64,000 bases of DNA. Origin: Candidatus Omnitrophota bacterium (GTDB lineage: Bacteria > Omnitrophota > Gorgyraeia > Zapsychrales > Zapsychraceae). Below are positions 21,001-24,300 of this stretch, piece after piece; position 1 is the stretch's first letter; every line of letters starts with the position of its first letter. The notes below the pieces were generated by a model that worked only from the letters and a program-made list of their open reading frames with translations, did no database searches and was not told the DNA's origin. The translations under genes and the position numbers were made by a program. The stretch lies in contig JAJDCB010000011.1 in NCBI GenBank assembly GCA_029261065.1, positions 111,168 through 175,167 on the forward strand, read 5' to 3'.

Positions 21001-23405
21001 ATTTAGTAACCATCGAGAATGGGCGATTTGGGCCAGCCGTTAAAGAGTTTAATCAGTTTTTATTAAGCTTAGGCATTCGTTCCGTAGAAGATTTGAATGA
21101 AAATTTTGAAATAGTTATTTTCCCATCCCTGCATGAACGGTTATCAGAAGAAGAAATAATAATCTGGCGGAATCAAATGAGTTTAAGACAATACCGATCT
21201 GAAATTCTTGCAGCCATGTACTTGAAATCTGTCGTCATTTTAAAAAACGTCAAGTCTGTAATAAATAAGGAAACAGAACGAACCGTTACTCCTTTTGATA
21301 ACAACATTCAAAGAACACAGCTCGAGATTGCCAAACATGCCGCTTTGCAAATAGTTAGAATGTTTAAACTAGGTGAGTTTAATTATGGTCGAGGAGATGG
21401 AGTACAAAAGTTAGTTCAAAGCATAGATCGCGCTATTGCCTTTCAGCGTTCTTTTGTATCTTCTGCATTAAAGAAAAGCGTTTCACGTTTAGAAATTAGC
21501 AATATCAAAGCGCACATTTCAGGAATGCTTGGTTTCTTGCTGTTCCCAGTGCTTGAAGTTCCAGATGAGATTGTTGCGCTTAAGAAAATCTCTTCCCATC
21601 ATAATATTCTCAGTATTGGTGGCGCGGTCACACCTTACTATTTTCTCGAGCATGCGAACACCGTGGATGTCGTTGATCATGCGCCAGAACAAATATGGTT
21701 CCTTCGCATACTACAAACAGCCATTAAAAAGCAATCGACGGAAGAATTAATGGAAGATCTTAGAGGGATTATCCGTAGGCAAGGATTGTCCGAGGTACAA
21801 GAGCGGATAATACTTAAGAGCTTTGAACAAGCTTATGGATTTATTGTAAACAAAGAGCGAAGACAGAACCTAGAAGGAAAAGTTGATCGCATCAAATTGG
21901 TCGAATCAAATATTATTTCTGTCCCACGAGACACCAAATACGACATAGTTTATTATTCAACGTTACCGTTTGTCTATGAACAAGCAGAAGATGCGCAGTC
22001 ATTAGAGAGTCTCATGAAGAGAATTAATGTTGATCTAGAGAACGGAATAACTGTTATTTATGCCACGTTTTATATGCGTAATCCACTAAGGTCACTGGAA
22101 AGTTATATTCCAAATGCTCTTAATAAATATGAAATCAAAGTTGTTCCATCCAAGATATATCCTGTGACATCTTATGTTGTGCTTTCTATTAAAAATTCTA
22201 TTTTTGAAAAGGGGCGCTCAAAATCATCTTTTGATACTACTACCACTTTAAATGTTGCAGGATCTTTAAGTGTTGAAAAATATGCATCAGGTCAAACAAC
22301 CCTTCGACGGAGTAAGAAGTTGGCACGAGAAGTTAGTGTTCGTCAACTCAAAAATTCTTCCCTTCCACAATCATCTTCATCCCTTAGACTTGAAGAAATT
22401 TTAAAGCTTGTTGAAGAAGGTGAAGTTGATATGGCTGTTTGGAAATTTGTAAATAAAGAGTTTCAAGGTCAACATTATGCGGATTATGTTAAGGTGCGCG
22501 ATGTATTATTAAGGCGTCTTGAGACGAGAGTTTTTCTACTTAGAAATAAAATTTTAAATCTATCGGTAAGGAGTGGCGATTATATATTGGGGTTTATATC
22601 TGGTGTAATAGTGAGTCGGGAAATAGTAGATCGTAGAGTTTATAGGATAGCTAAGAGTGATCATAATCTAGCTTATAAAAGACTTGAAGATGAATTCAGT
22701 CAAAGGGATGCTGAGAAGGTAGCTATCCATGCACAAATTATTGCTGATCCTGTGAATATGTTTAGAGAGTCTTTAGATAGTGTTTTTGTTAAAATGTCAA
22801 CTGGCGTATATGAGATAGATAATTCGACAAGTAGAAATAGTTTTAAGTTAGATAAATTTGAACTTATTCAAGAGAACATTAACGAACTTCTACACCGAAA
22901 TCTACATTTAGAAGTATCCTTGACACAAGCAGAGTTAAATAAAATATTGCTACGTGTACAAGCAACAATATATATTAACGCACTACGCGGTGTATTTGAA
23001 GATCGTACTTATGACAGACTAAATTTTATGACATTAAGGGAAAGTCCAATAAAAAATTTAAAACGGACTCAATATTATTTCAATATTCTTTTAAATAGTG
23101 GTGTAGTTACCTCACAGTTGAAAGATCAAATAGAAAAAGACAAATGGCAAGTTTCAGAAGCCATTCGATACAATGAATCATCTTCGCCTATGCGAACGTT
23201 GGGTACGAAATTAAAAGAATGGATAAAAGTGCGTTATGAAAAAAATAGGGGGCTTTTCTCGAAGGAATTTATTATTCATTGGATAGATGAGATATTTATT
23301 GAATTAAATGTTTTTAGATTGCAATTACTAGATTGGATGTATCAATTATTACATATTCGTGAATGGTTTTATCGATTAAGACGATTAATGTTTGGTTGGG
23401 GATGA
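30..23405 (+). CDS. Giant multidomain, polytopic membrane-anchored protein (7,791 aa) with TPR, HxGH nucleotidyltransferase-like, GT-B glycosyltransferase, HEAT-like, acyltransferase-like, SAM-methyltransferase and histidine-phosphatase modules
   Basis: A single open frame of 7,792 codons in an AT-rich genome, where stops are frequent by chance. It is preceded by an in-frame TAA at 24-26 and ends with TGA at 23403-23405. The only candidate starts are TTG at 30 and GTG at 114, so the start is uncertain. Recognisable motifs are listed as separate 'other' features. All antisense and alternate-frame ORFs inside it are short. Confidence 0.85.
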   Translation: MLQELPANSKDNYQVGLIKDVALSSPLKVRKKSKVQKKKKALTADFDGELIRKKLGSSARALSLLNGSDLETNLVQVNSRERRVIHRLIKTVSEFHLITILSLSKLEQAPGRDVIERFYQSPDAKYRVAKLLQLVEVAKYILSNVESVIQKRENIEILRGKYVKILDENIWSQDELQEISIHLDYAITDSQIVKFSKKKIVVPEENNLKALELLMVEIEKRSVGDDGISLETFYNQLRAIIDTQEASFSSLARLSTSFEYSFTEIAVRRLLNTKGEDLKNYKITANTARGFIAVIDFYQTYNLLALGVQLVNFMELRPSLEWDALSDSQIEKIMVMKHIWQEHYELYQYMINLSRTMNGKAIVVHFQEKHQMLSKELEYLEAQAIQLEEEGKKLVEDIMVTVEPLIYEAQSLIYKFFRRDTINEEAIAYYTQVVFAKEAVDRILKEEKVTEGTTKDFIWDHMRDFAQTPPQSSSSVLTLETAMLILSLLMPFVLVVVFAHLIYKHVGEENDQKILHASKEKGVDRTDVKVFFMTIFLLGLVVYRLLFADAVVIEDSVIQIINKRWFNDLLAVITVTIIINIFINIVRLVEGIKSFDVQVMLRATTYSYLITELFIETFQRGSPFIDLFLGYFYYSDYIAFGISLALSELFIFKAYPEGSRKFFEKITINLRKSKDTETSGSSPLNKKDKNAQIVISTLKHLNFPERYRRRISKVLLEVFDKKGVDLVKFEINHQSLAKRTIFFNKLKDFIESLASYENGIFTFRVQDNTKIGKYLFLPFDLTREIEYAFKYKNAVTDELYALMESLAMRECICDPFILHVLLYSIGYRNFKYYMINEHIVLAVIYKGKLMFVDTAAESVSQAFYIDEYYQKYGQIWRLRDEKKERFFRHVLSDYSASVKVDHVTLEEIHSIYEIVNHNIALHHMESDRYQEAMEQLNLGLSYNPNNSEMLYTLGLAFQKTGQLQEALKYFKQSAKINPMDPDVCICLGNIYIDLQKYALASRYYNRAEQLTNKTSSSLKEKSNSPMIGFARTKSGLLLTEHEIDIDILENYDGRIITKEQIVYLESALKLVQYYLGRERVDLLVAFEKLKKMVDLGLIRAAPFDRIYGTIKEDRTYVHGHAGVEKGIYLDNVILQNPLELIFTLINLVGSLHGQSHSENSALKFDFILDNGFYEGLVESGIVNQTKKDSADQPSIKLLQNIIVRFNQESLLIRQSVEIPKYLHTVDLQAIINHYLFAILLRIASGEVVISDRLRTSMKQAIPPLENIPDHLVIVAVPGTFDPPHFNHIIALLQAMLFAMQNEKGRRVTFIGFLKNNLFDDEEIGYKPFKSKAYHREAMAKQLTDIFFPLINFAGADLGYLQSHYYQESSLRLIDLNRYQTMGSPKPVSFYLGSGADNFVRNRKALHYMLGERHGEFENVTFRIVMIDARFNSTLEGGSVHEIPFDQSKFRQLTQYYRRPYEIHAIVGLQATHFRSTDLRGGFGDSHVPVSIRNYFRMNALYSLDRIRQSAQNTTLDDTALIRFSSIYSPGYGVSDHLESLNWELLQEFELTIHQFYLFHGDEKVQGYTELKIGKGTLVYIPLPNLEGHPEELFNFQKALRDRLRSLYSRHQEGAFKQPIIYVNHDPGKPASLVFDQEVAQYPDIRQSIEYHWGRGYVEHDLLYQLTSNVPSASVTVLGLEDILPESTVELGNGVDVVYFNPADVTKGRFRKEYAVSENQLIVFAPARLVREKGHMDILQVALLLQKQGQFKDVTFVFAGLDDDQNFLTEMKRFIKLQKLQYRFLFVGNLKGHRLLEGYRDSDIGLLASHSEGTPRSVIEMQAMGLPVIATNVGGTANVILDGDSGYIVEKEDVPDIFFRLKVLLSSQVIRTEFGAVGRANTVNKFSLEKLAQRHTTFYTSLLSSEDNGKIDPSKRQSSPMESLFLPHDGNVIEDIVFDPTDKDAEIVYKSGRREEIVSNYMPEFDSEIVKFYSYSKRSAAVTYINEKGLVSLAVKLKDAPPFEMFTPFDFVRGVTDVRFNLTESGIAAIFDFNYDPVNPPVRIKIVNMIDSKLIEDMFTGAGIKRQLSERLGKEVHPNIEVRFFESSYEGFVIVTYNTLEERKRKVTVVQLTSSPLSLEDQGKTGTYNKSSLIMPQNVEAGVATLAPSSATFTLTERLKLMLSTRAPPTGFSTFVLLTILSALMFLTSPAALQAQESFNPIHPNIHLVHDNKNKRIVPWSTPIELHDENNKWVMNYFSGMPLDLLLNFEQRQIKAQKARTKQAFPEPIQVRRTKSLTIHFKYIEEGTINIILHDAHDATRDIRLPPAHLQTSDKASVTLFVSKIPWKNMKEVGAISIEWDKSEEAGVTVDTLEGLKVRPIIVIPSVIIVEFLDFFEAKLNQPWLQSKYQKQEKDYPHSSSPVGTETISLISLFIDPAFVVGAVVILSAWFWKTRLRHRVFNTYVDDFIIGILHFVGGLVFVIVSGSFLDFPSEQPDFEKIGPFGFLIATIVLLISGLFTGIIGFTLLKGFVGYTLTFNPKRILTYKDNWNNMGFRYFRYNTDLYRDYLETLVPEKFELAINNGINELRNQLFIENEKGEGSDEANWTQHEQWIKNYASLAASEYIDPIQREFIRNEVINLFRWAYELTEIANIKTGIIQELKTIGGDEAVQMIDDIISSKDDRYDMEELVGVLGKITGPTEGISTLEKAIKGSGKRTAKSAVQLLGKKEGSQVNQILFNIIKERRQGLVYDAVVGLGKNMREDVLSELIDILRNTPERVGEEAAHALGSIGDVKHIPDLMTVHILNRGPGSYSNVHPFSEAFKKIWNRNKDKTNAVNQDYMGLAVILAFMHSGDLLHTPLFEARNKGIITGYLFNHAEHRQVTNRGFVPLTLEPGILTASYGFVFERKEFSIEKMANKLGIAPTLILEVNESGEKDSLVWGDGLLRGKVSNEQIYLYLPSVQLIHNAQKGIFDGFNDVKLLGIAPNLSKVFYVMPYGEVFSCCMLGNESINRIQLTAKAHMKRFKQTLKKNIKDYLNGLTPIQREKYFTIVPVSGEGQEPRLGRVEKKDHEPVYLEKGVLYQLNNKLIEKLQAEFSKTEDKVLQALDFIFWETIYENPLRGLLLDLEDFNGRYGVSGHMEAGKERLIQVSAKFDLKGLNIVVENEEILLEEEEKSTTAINGFIDPSQVIYRGDERTIPVRNLYDVLSVVAIYHDSTTGMVIYEKVLKGKAIITVNDQIIKIDGRESLSQLVPEGSRVIIEEKEKVSSKEPQSPGISDRTPRISAEGERNSSPLENHLMRKVNRLMVYSRKAIRAKSYTLKEHNALHRSAYDQFNDLIRNHRQFLLNPPEKHKSRVIDMLISMTVAFPSMHYDSQVDVTDNIYKTQHYLKELLLMDENMLRQRALLRRIAIELNKYKTSIDSVYPKFRMGVSAVVDPFDYIHDLWELQNMIGSVEISLSTHPLSSKKNVLLLSVGQEYNAPQKFTHFTLFSGHTHHFEFKFVLSDKDTAIASDYLAKGLTSYVLRFTRDREIHLAIYNQITNKWRIVYEQNEVSKNLYDFGILSSINNRLTSDKFPTSRDTFHSSPINTAVMFMGRPVMKLYTGHARVLYESGLPETVELFKKVAVALDTLDPQQEENGLERVFNVTKENDPRAFYVLFSILQVAEYFKLRHLIKQNQWAIDINTFIGYSQGLYAAAFSAGSLSVEDFVKLLINSYNYDTKNPSNEEERVGIIIEGEDVGANNNLVFRLQHVFPLFETIQYLSPDMINGRILSRQLGQLKDYLFTRYGKDVQVSLDMVANTITHSTGLIDKRRLFEQSIKDDGIQFQKPQIPIVSMSGEQLITEPRHIVDELGGIFDTKIFIADAMSQLTQRNLDFVFNLSLEKDKFIKRLFRLHDLRIPLGTFQDYLSESGAFGRSGSPFKANISNLKHPSLRQNSSPHKTRKNRDERNHSSQIITSEVQQSSTVDLYTQLDETIEKTNNLYLKKYTIGIGKDVYSIATDPLGGYLRVGPVVIINREHLTQSISNLYQQHISMTVTDLNIKWRSFVIPIIAAMVHHRDAIKDSVVFEFGSGRGLLIHEALKLGAKRVIGIDNNIEELERSVQLFRGLKYPVKLILGLDNLKNVNMQENLLIHDNIERWLTLNAKERQQIMGTDVPLYIGNIGEFYVVHDMLIDSFVNQSRLTFDLSILGGYDGSIGFGTAVTIDRLRKFGWKVNLVPSQTGELGFYAIVFGSDSKMKSSNPLHSKRSRLSNSSSMQKNNPEKLVEAGFVGIGIAKDKQTAQEFREARAHIVIHGDYRNKDKLLLAIGHSSSSSAIMSSEYRRTPTSSPFIAIHEKRKGIEENKHITKFLQLLTFGTTLLISGVAHAQTGDSANLENNEYGAIEFPGLPIIMEHTKRVNIYTQEGFIIPGFTPTEEIAFMSVLLISLILSAKIIFTYIKNKTKEKKKVYSAKDILKFIFSVTILAIAFDHLAKFLAVTIFLETLGDITLHYVLRFQSVTIVIQQTFEFALGVISITLLANKYKMFTVKSIQVAMISLALIFAGIPQRFSARGLPVIDFIPLKFTLGFSPADFMVVVGGIIFPIVVFWKLYMWGLNKMFGHKIENRVFTILLLINAGFIGALDFYAPSTLEQYESILSWISLPVLYGSTKIISHFIRKVFDQPLGSSSPLTKIDLKRIDRLKEHIEIDYKTGRFRLIQSVKMMFHFIMVRHGLTFANIKKINQGLKYFGPLGNLSPPGIKTIHTHLISNLYNYYERYALEKRLVMVSSEISRAIQTRELIAEQLRPLYRERIETSESHLANEMNFGTLEGKAFSEITPYETRMYERIWVDRNYLLPYPQGYNFLRLFDQAYELLNTINTSSHQTMTTLVSHGVMIQVARALLGDKEIVDQDGWIDLGQGMLPNAQLIFIEKDTGRIEMPSISLTSSPLTNAFNPTKPTVLMWVRKGGSTLFQTQGNRTKGIRARISNLYSSSSLIDGGRIPILIADPYKSLIIEWANKPDQSQDFYLGEIQLREEGSTDKTSKKRFVYVRETKRRGAHGDSESNFKLMFSSKEIKVDNDEFIEEFGQFVRLYKKDDGWQLERFYPLGSKSDMVNPYGGTGVDTLIWEYFTTAIKSQYHGFYNSGTENYRAVRSYLINSARGNGLLQSIKIGHSRRQNLEKVKMDGRFFGEENFRALYIQNMSRKIKLFSLIALGENEYQAHTIDESFLGTEFLIDGDRVVVTFPSGDVIKDGIKVGHIQEVTRTIYVNSKPVSSPLVKIFYDSLSNSTRQFSGKQSEETQRAIDGQFTRVAGQNEMDIFLRDYDPILMEVRRSLQNLMGQMFMQTSELLSNGFYYINSNTPSPRDDFNMKSRQNIVFRRFGVGDLGLLGLHRSAMVNNIDIKGTGDDGIYPFLLNDPLKGFNSRFLEFGNLRWLARGEALVALRLQEVALEALGEPIMISTPFDIISTQYIPFNGSIISLEDYFINYIEQHPQARNYFAQFNAGKSEKVTNTKSIQEDIKYFLSTYGVAQLRSWLPTDMRSAITDIATSKGLEVLFEELFRLHNEDFVKPLEAGDPNQYRSLIKKYNMSQIISILNKSAIHLGRAIGVILGIGANVEQSFAKRNLTGFFIGKDYDDGYVPSRFQEQFIYKRVAEPGLKWHVSQGVLTLQDLGEFLLGRDAENVTRAAEKILKETVYETYIQVQETIIEDPNQIVFQPAFIKGLRQWRDQKGFALLKAKTSSALSLIQSISYRELTPFISDSTSSPLVKFDARSATSSSPLKSKVLKIFPKEKETVLYQFLNKLKSIIPENLIDSVDRASTYEAWDVHPEYGYPRRKQVELKILLDNYKYDAHTLNEADEEKAVTDILKLAAWIVIGHKSVLGPNINEDNRIFLESVDEVMAHIKNKNNIFKVVEYFKLNRYRYLPTILRARVAFHLYKSGDTVNAKRLFISAMRQAQKHTLEINDAFRLYVYIAHQHLLLGRIATGRRILRRIMSDGKIEKSFELTVALNYLDSGYGFHALKIVQPMGAEDQFNFYLHMARREVDHGQFDQMIKSTLPILNNLIREGPYISNGSFHMYNLLIHATQKLNAAQRIDAAHLMMKEATRFAKEVSFPPDSIKSLELERLVLKILLKVTRSKNKYQEINRAYFALDQIRLGQLDQAMETIGEIKLIHNKIVLEIFMASYLLMSRNERKADLLIREIKKRMNEKIRRVGVRLILYTYLFVKLVESGYLNKAKQIANIIFREIRQLRKIDNVWVARISQIIKQALLVTLPEHDRPLRELGGLYQHIERGMSLGINAAFKLMIDISGKFPINSENEQLFSKEVHNASNWIQHYKDDIGFMYLFYPEFKQYETLAEFDQAFQKQSQDLILNGFPLESSRRTQILVFMGIRFAGIKTIELKELEDRWDKIQHFENNNPGSFARAFNDRGYPILFIKSLRRKVRADEVKWGKLWAHWRPIYHMQYHLLHGKTDDVVMDGFAEGKRMPILDEKTRDRFFRRSYAYVLIEEQLHKDSSLADRIGIMNTRKLDLFLFHHPELENIQDIIFERRSDEEFQKRFRKAMFKVTLWMSNFFTNDKSGQFARLARLILFSYEFNKEWHMKFNDSENPDDQFASFYAFFNDAINHLPNQLNFSISQFKKLEESINEFRNPIFEEMNAAHVDEYEDIDGGFWLVPVGFLGLARGKAGLGDCSFNCGSAGDPFSRFMSQDAINYFVYEGNRDLNRKVTERLKTNEHGLTAFDFASGQNLKGYIGLHEAQSLNGRRKVMAMDTIGTPQIIVEQQIRELLKQVEQVAHAKGFESTALPHNLGPSFTHQNKEVIQKMPEFRKKRMIKLRSLHDSKWQKFTEMFGKDKYHSIEDGRFRLVKLEEEVSSLMTLRGSSPLNRIDFIIEFLLAGELDVALKAFHRKPPQSSYDFDFKTIMMALNIKLPERAGHAILGALDHQRQAHVITRQFVERINTTSRVVSEDLLVEERVLLEHTIEVAAWIFDEIEQIDPVYQLPRDKVFSSFGISGLHIERDIHDLELDRRALEWHLVTIENGRFGPAVKEFNQFLLSLGIRSVEDLNENFEIVIFPSLHERLSEEEIIIWRNQMSLRQYRSEILAAMYLKSVVILKNVKSVINKETERTVTPFDNNIQRTQLEIAKHAALQIVRMFKLGEFNYGRGDGVQKLVQSIDRAIAFQRSFVSSALKKSVSRLEISNIKAHISGMLGFLLFPVLEVPDEIVALKKISSHHNILSIGGAVTPYYFLEHANTVDVVDHAPEQIWFLRILQTAIKKQSTEELMEDLRGIIRRQGLSEVQERIILKSFEQAYGFIVNKERRQNLEGKVDRIKLVESNIISVPRDTKYDIVYYSTLPFVYEQAEDAQSLESLMKRINVDLENGITVIYATFYMRNPLRSLESYIPNALNKYEIKVVPSKIYPVTSYVVLSIKNSIFEKGRSKSSFDTTTTLNVAGSLSVEKYASGQTTLRRSKKLAREVSVRQLKNSSLPQSSSSLRLEEILKLVEEGEVDMAVWKFVNKEFQGQHYADYVKVRDVLLRRLETRVFLLRNKILNLSVRSGDYILGFISGVIVSREIVDRRVYRIAKSDHNLAYKRLEDEFSQRDAEKVAIHAQIIADPVNMFRESLDSVFVKMSTGVYEIDNSTSRNSFKLDKFELIQENINELLHRNLHLEVSLTQAELNKILLRVQATIYINALRGVFEDRTYDRLNFMTLRESPIKNLKRTQYYFNILLNSGVVTSQLKDQIEKDKWQVSEAIRYNESSSPMRTLGTKLKEWIKVRYEKNRGLFSKEFIIHWIDEIFIELNVFRLQLLDWMYQLLHIREWFYRLRRLMFGWG
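1450..2000 (+). other. Cluster of about 4 predicted transmembrane helices within the giant protein (aa ~475-655)
   Basis: Hydrophobic stretches LILSLLMPFVLVVVFAHLIY, VFFMTIFLLGLVVYRLLF, LLAVITVTIIINIFINIV and GYFYYSDYIAFGISLALSELFIF. Further TM clusters lie at nt ~7240-7560 and ~13000-13850. Confidence 0.5.
2812..3060 (+). other. TPR repeat region of the giant protein
   Basis: YQEAMEQLNLGLSYNPNNSEMLYTLGLAFQKTGQLQEALKYFKQSAKINPMDPDVCICLGNIYIDLQKYALASRYYNRAEQL fits the 34-residue TPR pattern (W/LG/Y ... A..F..A..P). Confidence 0.6.
3838..4300 (+). other. Cytidylyl/adenylyl-transferase-like (HxGH nucleotidyltransferase) module of the giant protein
   Basis: VIVAVPGTFDPPHFNHIIAL matches the (G)GxFDxxHxGH signature of the cytidylyltransferase superfamily (NadD, CoaD and TagD-like). 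The domain extent is estimated. Confidence 0.45.
5100..5640 (+). other. GT-B fold glycosyltransferase (GT1/GT4, RfaG-like) C-terminal domain of the giant protein
   Basis: LIVFAPARLVREKGHMDILQVA...FVGNLKG...LASHSEGTPRSVIEMQAMGLPVIATNVGGTANVILDGDSGYIV is the classic GT4 C-terminal signature (E-x7-E region, EGF/TP...EAMA.G.PVIAT). Confidence 0.75.
7950..8370 (+). other. HEAT / PBS-lyase-like repeats in the giant protein
   Basis: Repeated ~30-aa units such as ELKTIGGDEAVQMIDDII, ...AVQLLGKKEGSQVNQILFNII... and ERVGEEAAHALGSIGDVKHIPDL. Confidence 0.45.
10900..11560 (+). other. Acyltransferase (FabD / PKS-AT)-like module with a GxSxG nucleophile motif in the giant protein
   Basis: FIGYSQGLYAAAFSAGSLSVEDFVKLL aligns closely with the FabD active-site block GHSLGEYSALVAAGALSFEDALRLV. 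A downstream THSTG sits where the FabD catalytic His lies. Confidence 0.4.
12090..12450 (+). other. Class I SAM-dependent methyltransferase module in the giant protein
   Basis: Motif I VVFEFGSGRGLL (hh[DE]xGxGxG) is followed by motif II VIGIDNN with an acidic end to beta-2. Confidence 0.6.
14070..14640 (+). other. Histidine phosphatase (phosphoglycerate-mutase superfamily) module in the giant protein
   Basis: FHFIMVRHGLTFAN carries the RHG catalytic motif, and a second conserved His lies in TLVSHGVMIQ about 165 aa downstream. Confidence 0.55.
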
Positions 23406-23430
23406 TATGGACGGCTTGTTTGGAAACTTT

Positions 23431-24003
23431 TTACATCCCATACTGTTTCCATAGGTCTTCGAATTCTTTGTGAACATCTTTGCCGTAATTGGCTGTTAGT
23501 TCTTTAAGTAGGGATAAGTTAATTTTATCTGCGGAAATTTTTATAATTCCAATCGCATCGTTGATGTCTTTAGAGCTTCCAGCAAAAATTTTCATGGCGA
23601 TGAGATCTTCCATACTAATGATTTTAATCGAAGAGTTCTGGAAGTTTGCTTGGTTTGTTCGTGTTAAGGCATCTTCTTTCATGCCTTTAATACCGAATAA
23701 AAGATCAACACGATTTTTAAACGTATCTTCAACATTGATGACCGCTGCAATGGGATCATCGAAGTCTCCTGTTCTATGATTTACCTGAAGACCTGCTTCA
23801 GTAAGAGCTTTGACAGTGTTTTGTAATCCGTGCTTGGAATCATCGAAATAAATAATGGCGTCAGTATCCATACTAGCTCTAACGACACCGTAAAAGGATG
23901 CTGCAAATGCTCCAATAATGGCGTAGGAGACGTTTATTTTGGATAAGATTTCGATGACATCAAGAAGTAAGAGTGGTGATTGTCCAGGGGTGGTTGTTCT
24001 CAT
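23431..24003 (-). CDS. Hypothetical protein with a nucleotidyltransferase (Pol-beta superfamily) fold
   Basis: 190 aa. GAFAASFYGVVRASMDTDAI fits the G[SA]-x9-D-x-D minimal nucleotidyltransferase signature. Its ATG overlaps the upstream small ORF by 4 nt (ATGA coupling). Confidence 0.5.
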   Translation of the reverse strand: MRTTTPGQSPLLLLDVIEILSKINVSYAIIGAFAASFYGVVRASMDTDAIIYFDDSKHGLQNTVKALTEAGLQVNHRTGDFDDPIAAVINVEDTFKNRVDLLFGIKGMKEDALTRTNQANFQNSSIKIISMEDLIAMKIFAGSSKDINDAIGIIKISADKINLSLLKELTANYGKDVHKEFEDLWKQYGM

Positions 24004-24167
24004 TTGTTAGATCTTGAAGCTTGGTTGCGGAATTTTGATCCTGCAAGGTAGACTTGCGTCATTAATTGAGAATGGTTGTAGAAGGCTTCAAGACGTTCTT
24101 CGGGGGTCATGCTTTTGCTGATACGGATAAGGTCGTCTTGGTCTTGTTGTAATATTTTTGAATGCAT
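24000..24167 (-). CDS. Small hypothetical protein (55 aa) translationally coupled to the nucleotidyltransferase-fold gene
   Basis: MHSKILQQDQDDLIRISKSMTPEERLEAFYNHSQLMTQVYLAGSKFRNQASRSNK. The longer ORF in the track, running to 24338, reads into the REP-like element. Confidence 0.35.
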   Translation of the reverse strand: MHSKILQQDQDDLIRISKSMTPEERLEAFYNHSQLMTQVYLAGSKFRNQASRSNK

Positions 24168-24218
24168 GATGTTAATATAGCATATATTTAGGAAAATATC
24201 CAAATGAGCTATAAACAT

Positions 24219-24290
24219 GTCATTCCCGCGTAAATGGAGGACAAGTAGTAGTTGTTTTGGCTCACGGATTCCCGCTTGCGCGGGAATGAC
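24219..24290. repeat. REP-like palindromic doublet (copy 1), between mutL 3' end and the small-ORF pair
   Basis: GTCATTCCCGCGTAAATGGAGGA ...spacer... GGATTCCCGCTTGCGCGGGAATGAC. Two inverted hairpin-forming units, the same family as the copies at 32773, 47633 and 53494. Confidence 0.7.
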
Positions 24291-24300
24291 ATGATTACTA

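Noticed and set aside
30-23405. Giant ORF as an artefact of stop-codon reassignment or alternative genetic code
   Set aside because: Neighbouring genes terminate with all three standard stops (TGA for the giant gene and bioDA, TAA for pgi and iscS, TAG for the transporter). Other frames close normally.
30-23405. Classical modular PKS/NRPS megasynthase
   Set aside because: A FabD-like AT motif is present, but no ketosynthase (DTACSS), ACP/PCP (GxDSL), condensation (HHxxxDG) or adenylation core motifs were seen. The architecture is a different kind of multi-enzyme.
65-23405. Short antisense or alternate-frame ORFs inside the giant gene (e.g. 65-283, 14101-14478, 15157-15369, 21529-21750)
   Set aside because: All are short, lack motifs, and sit inside a long, clearly selected frame. 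They are typical chance ORFs.
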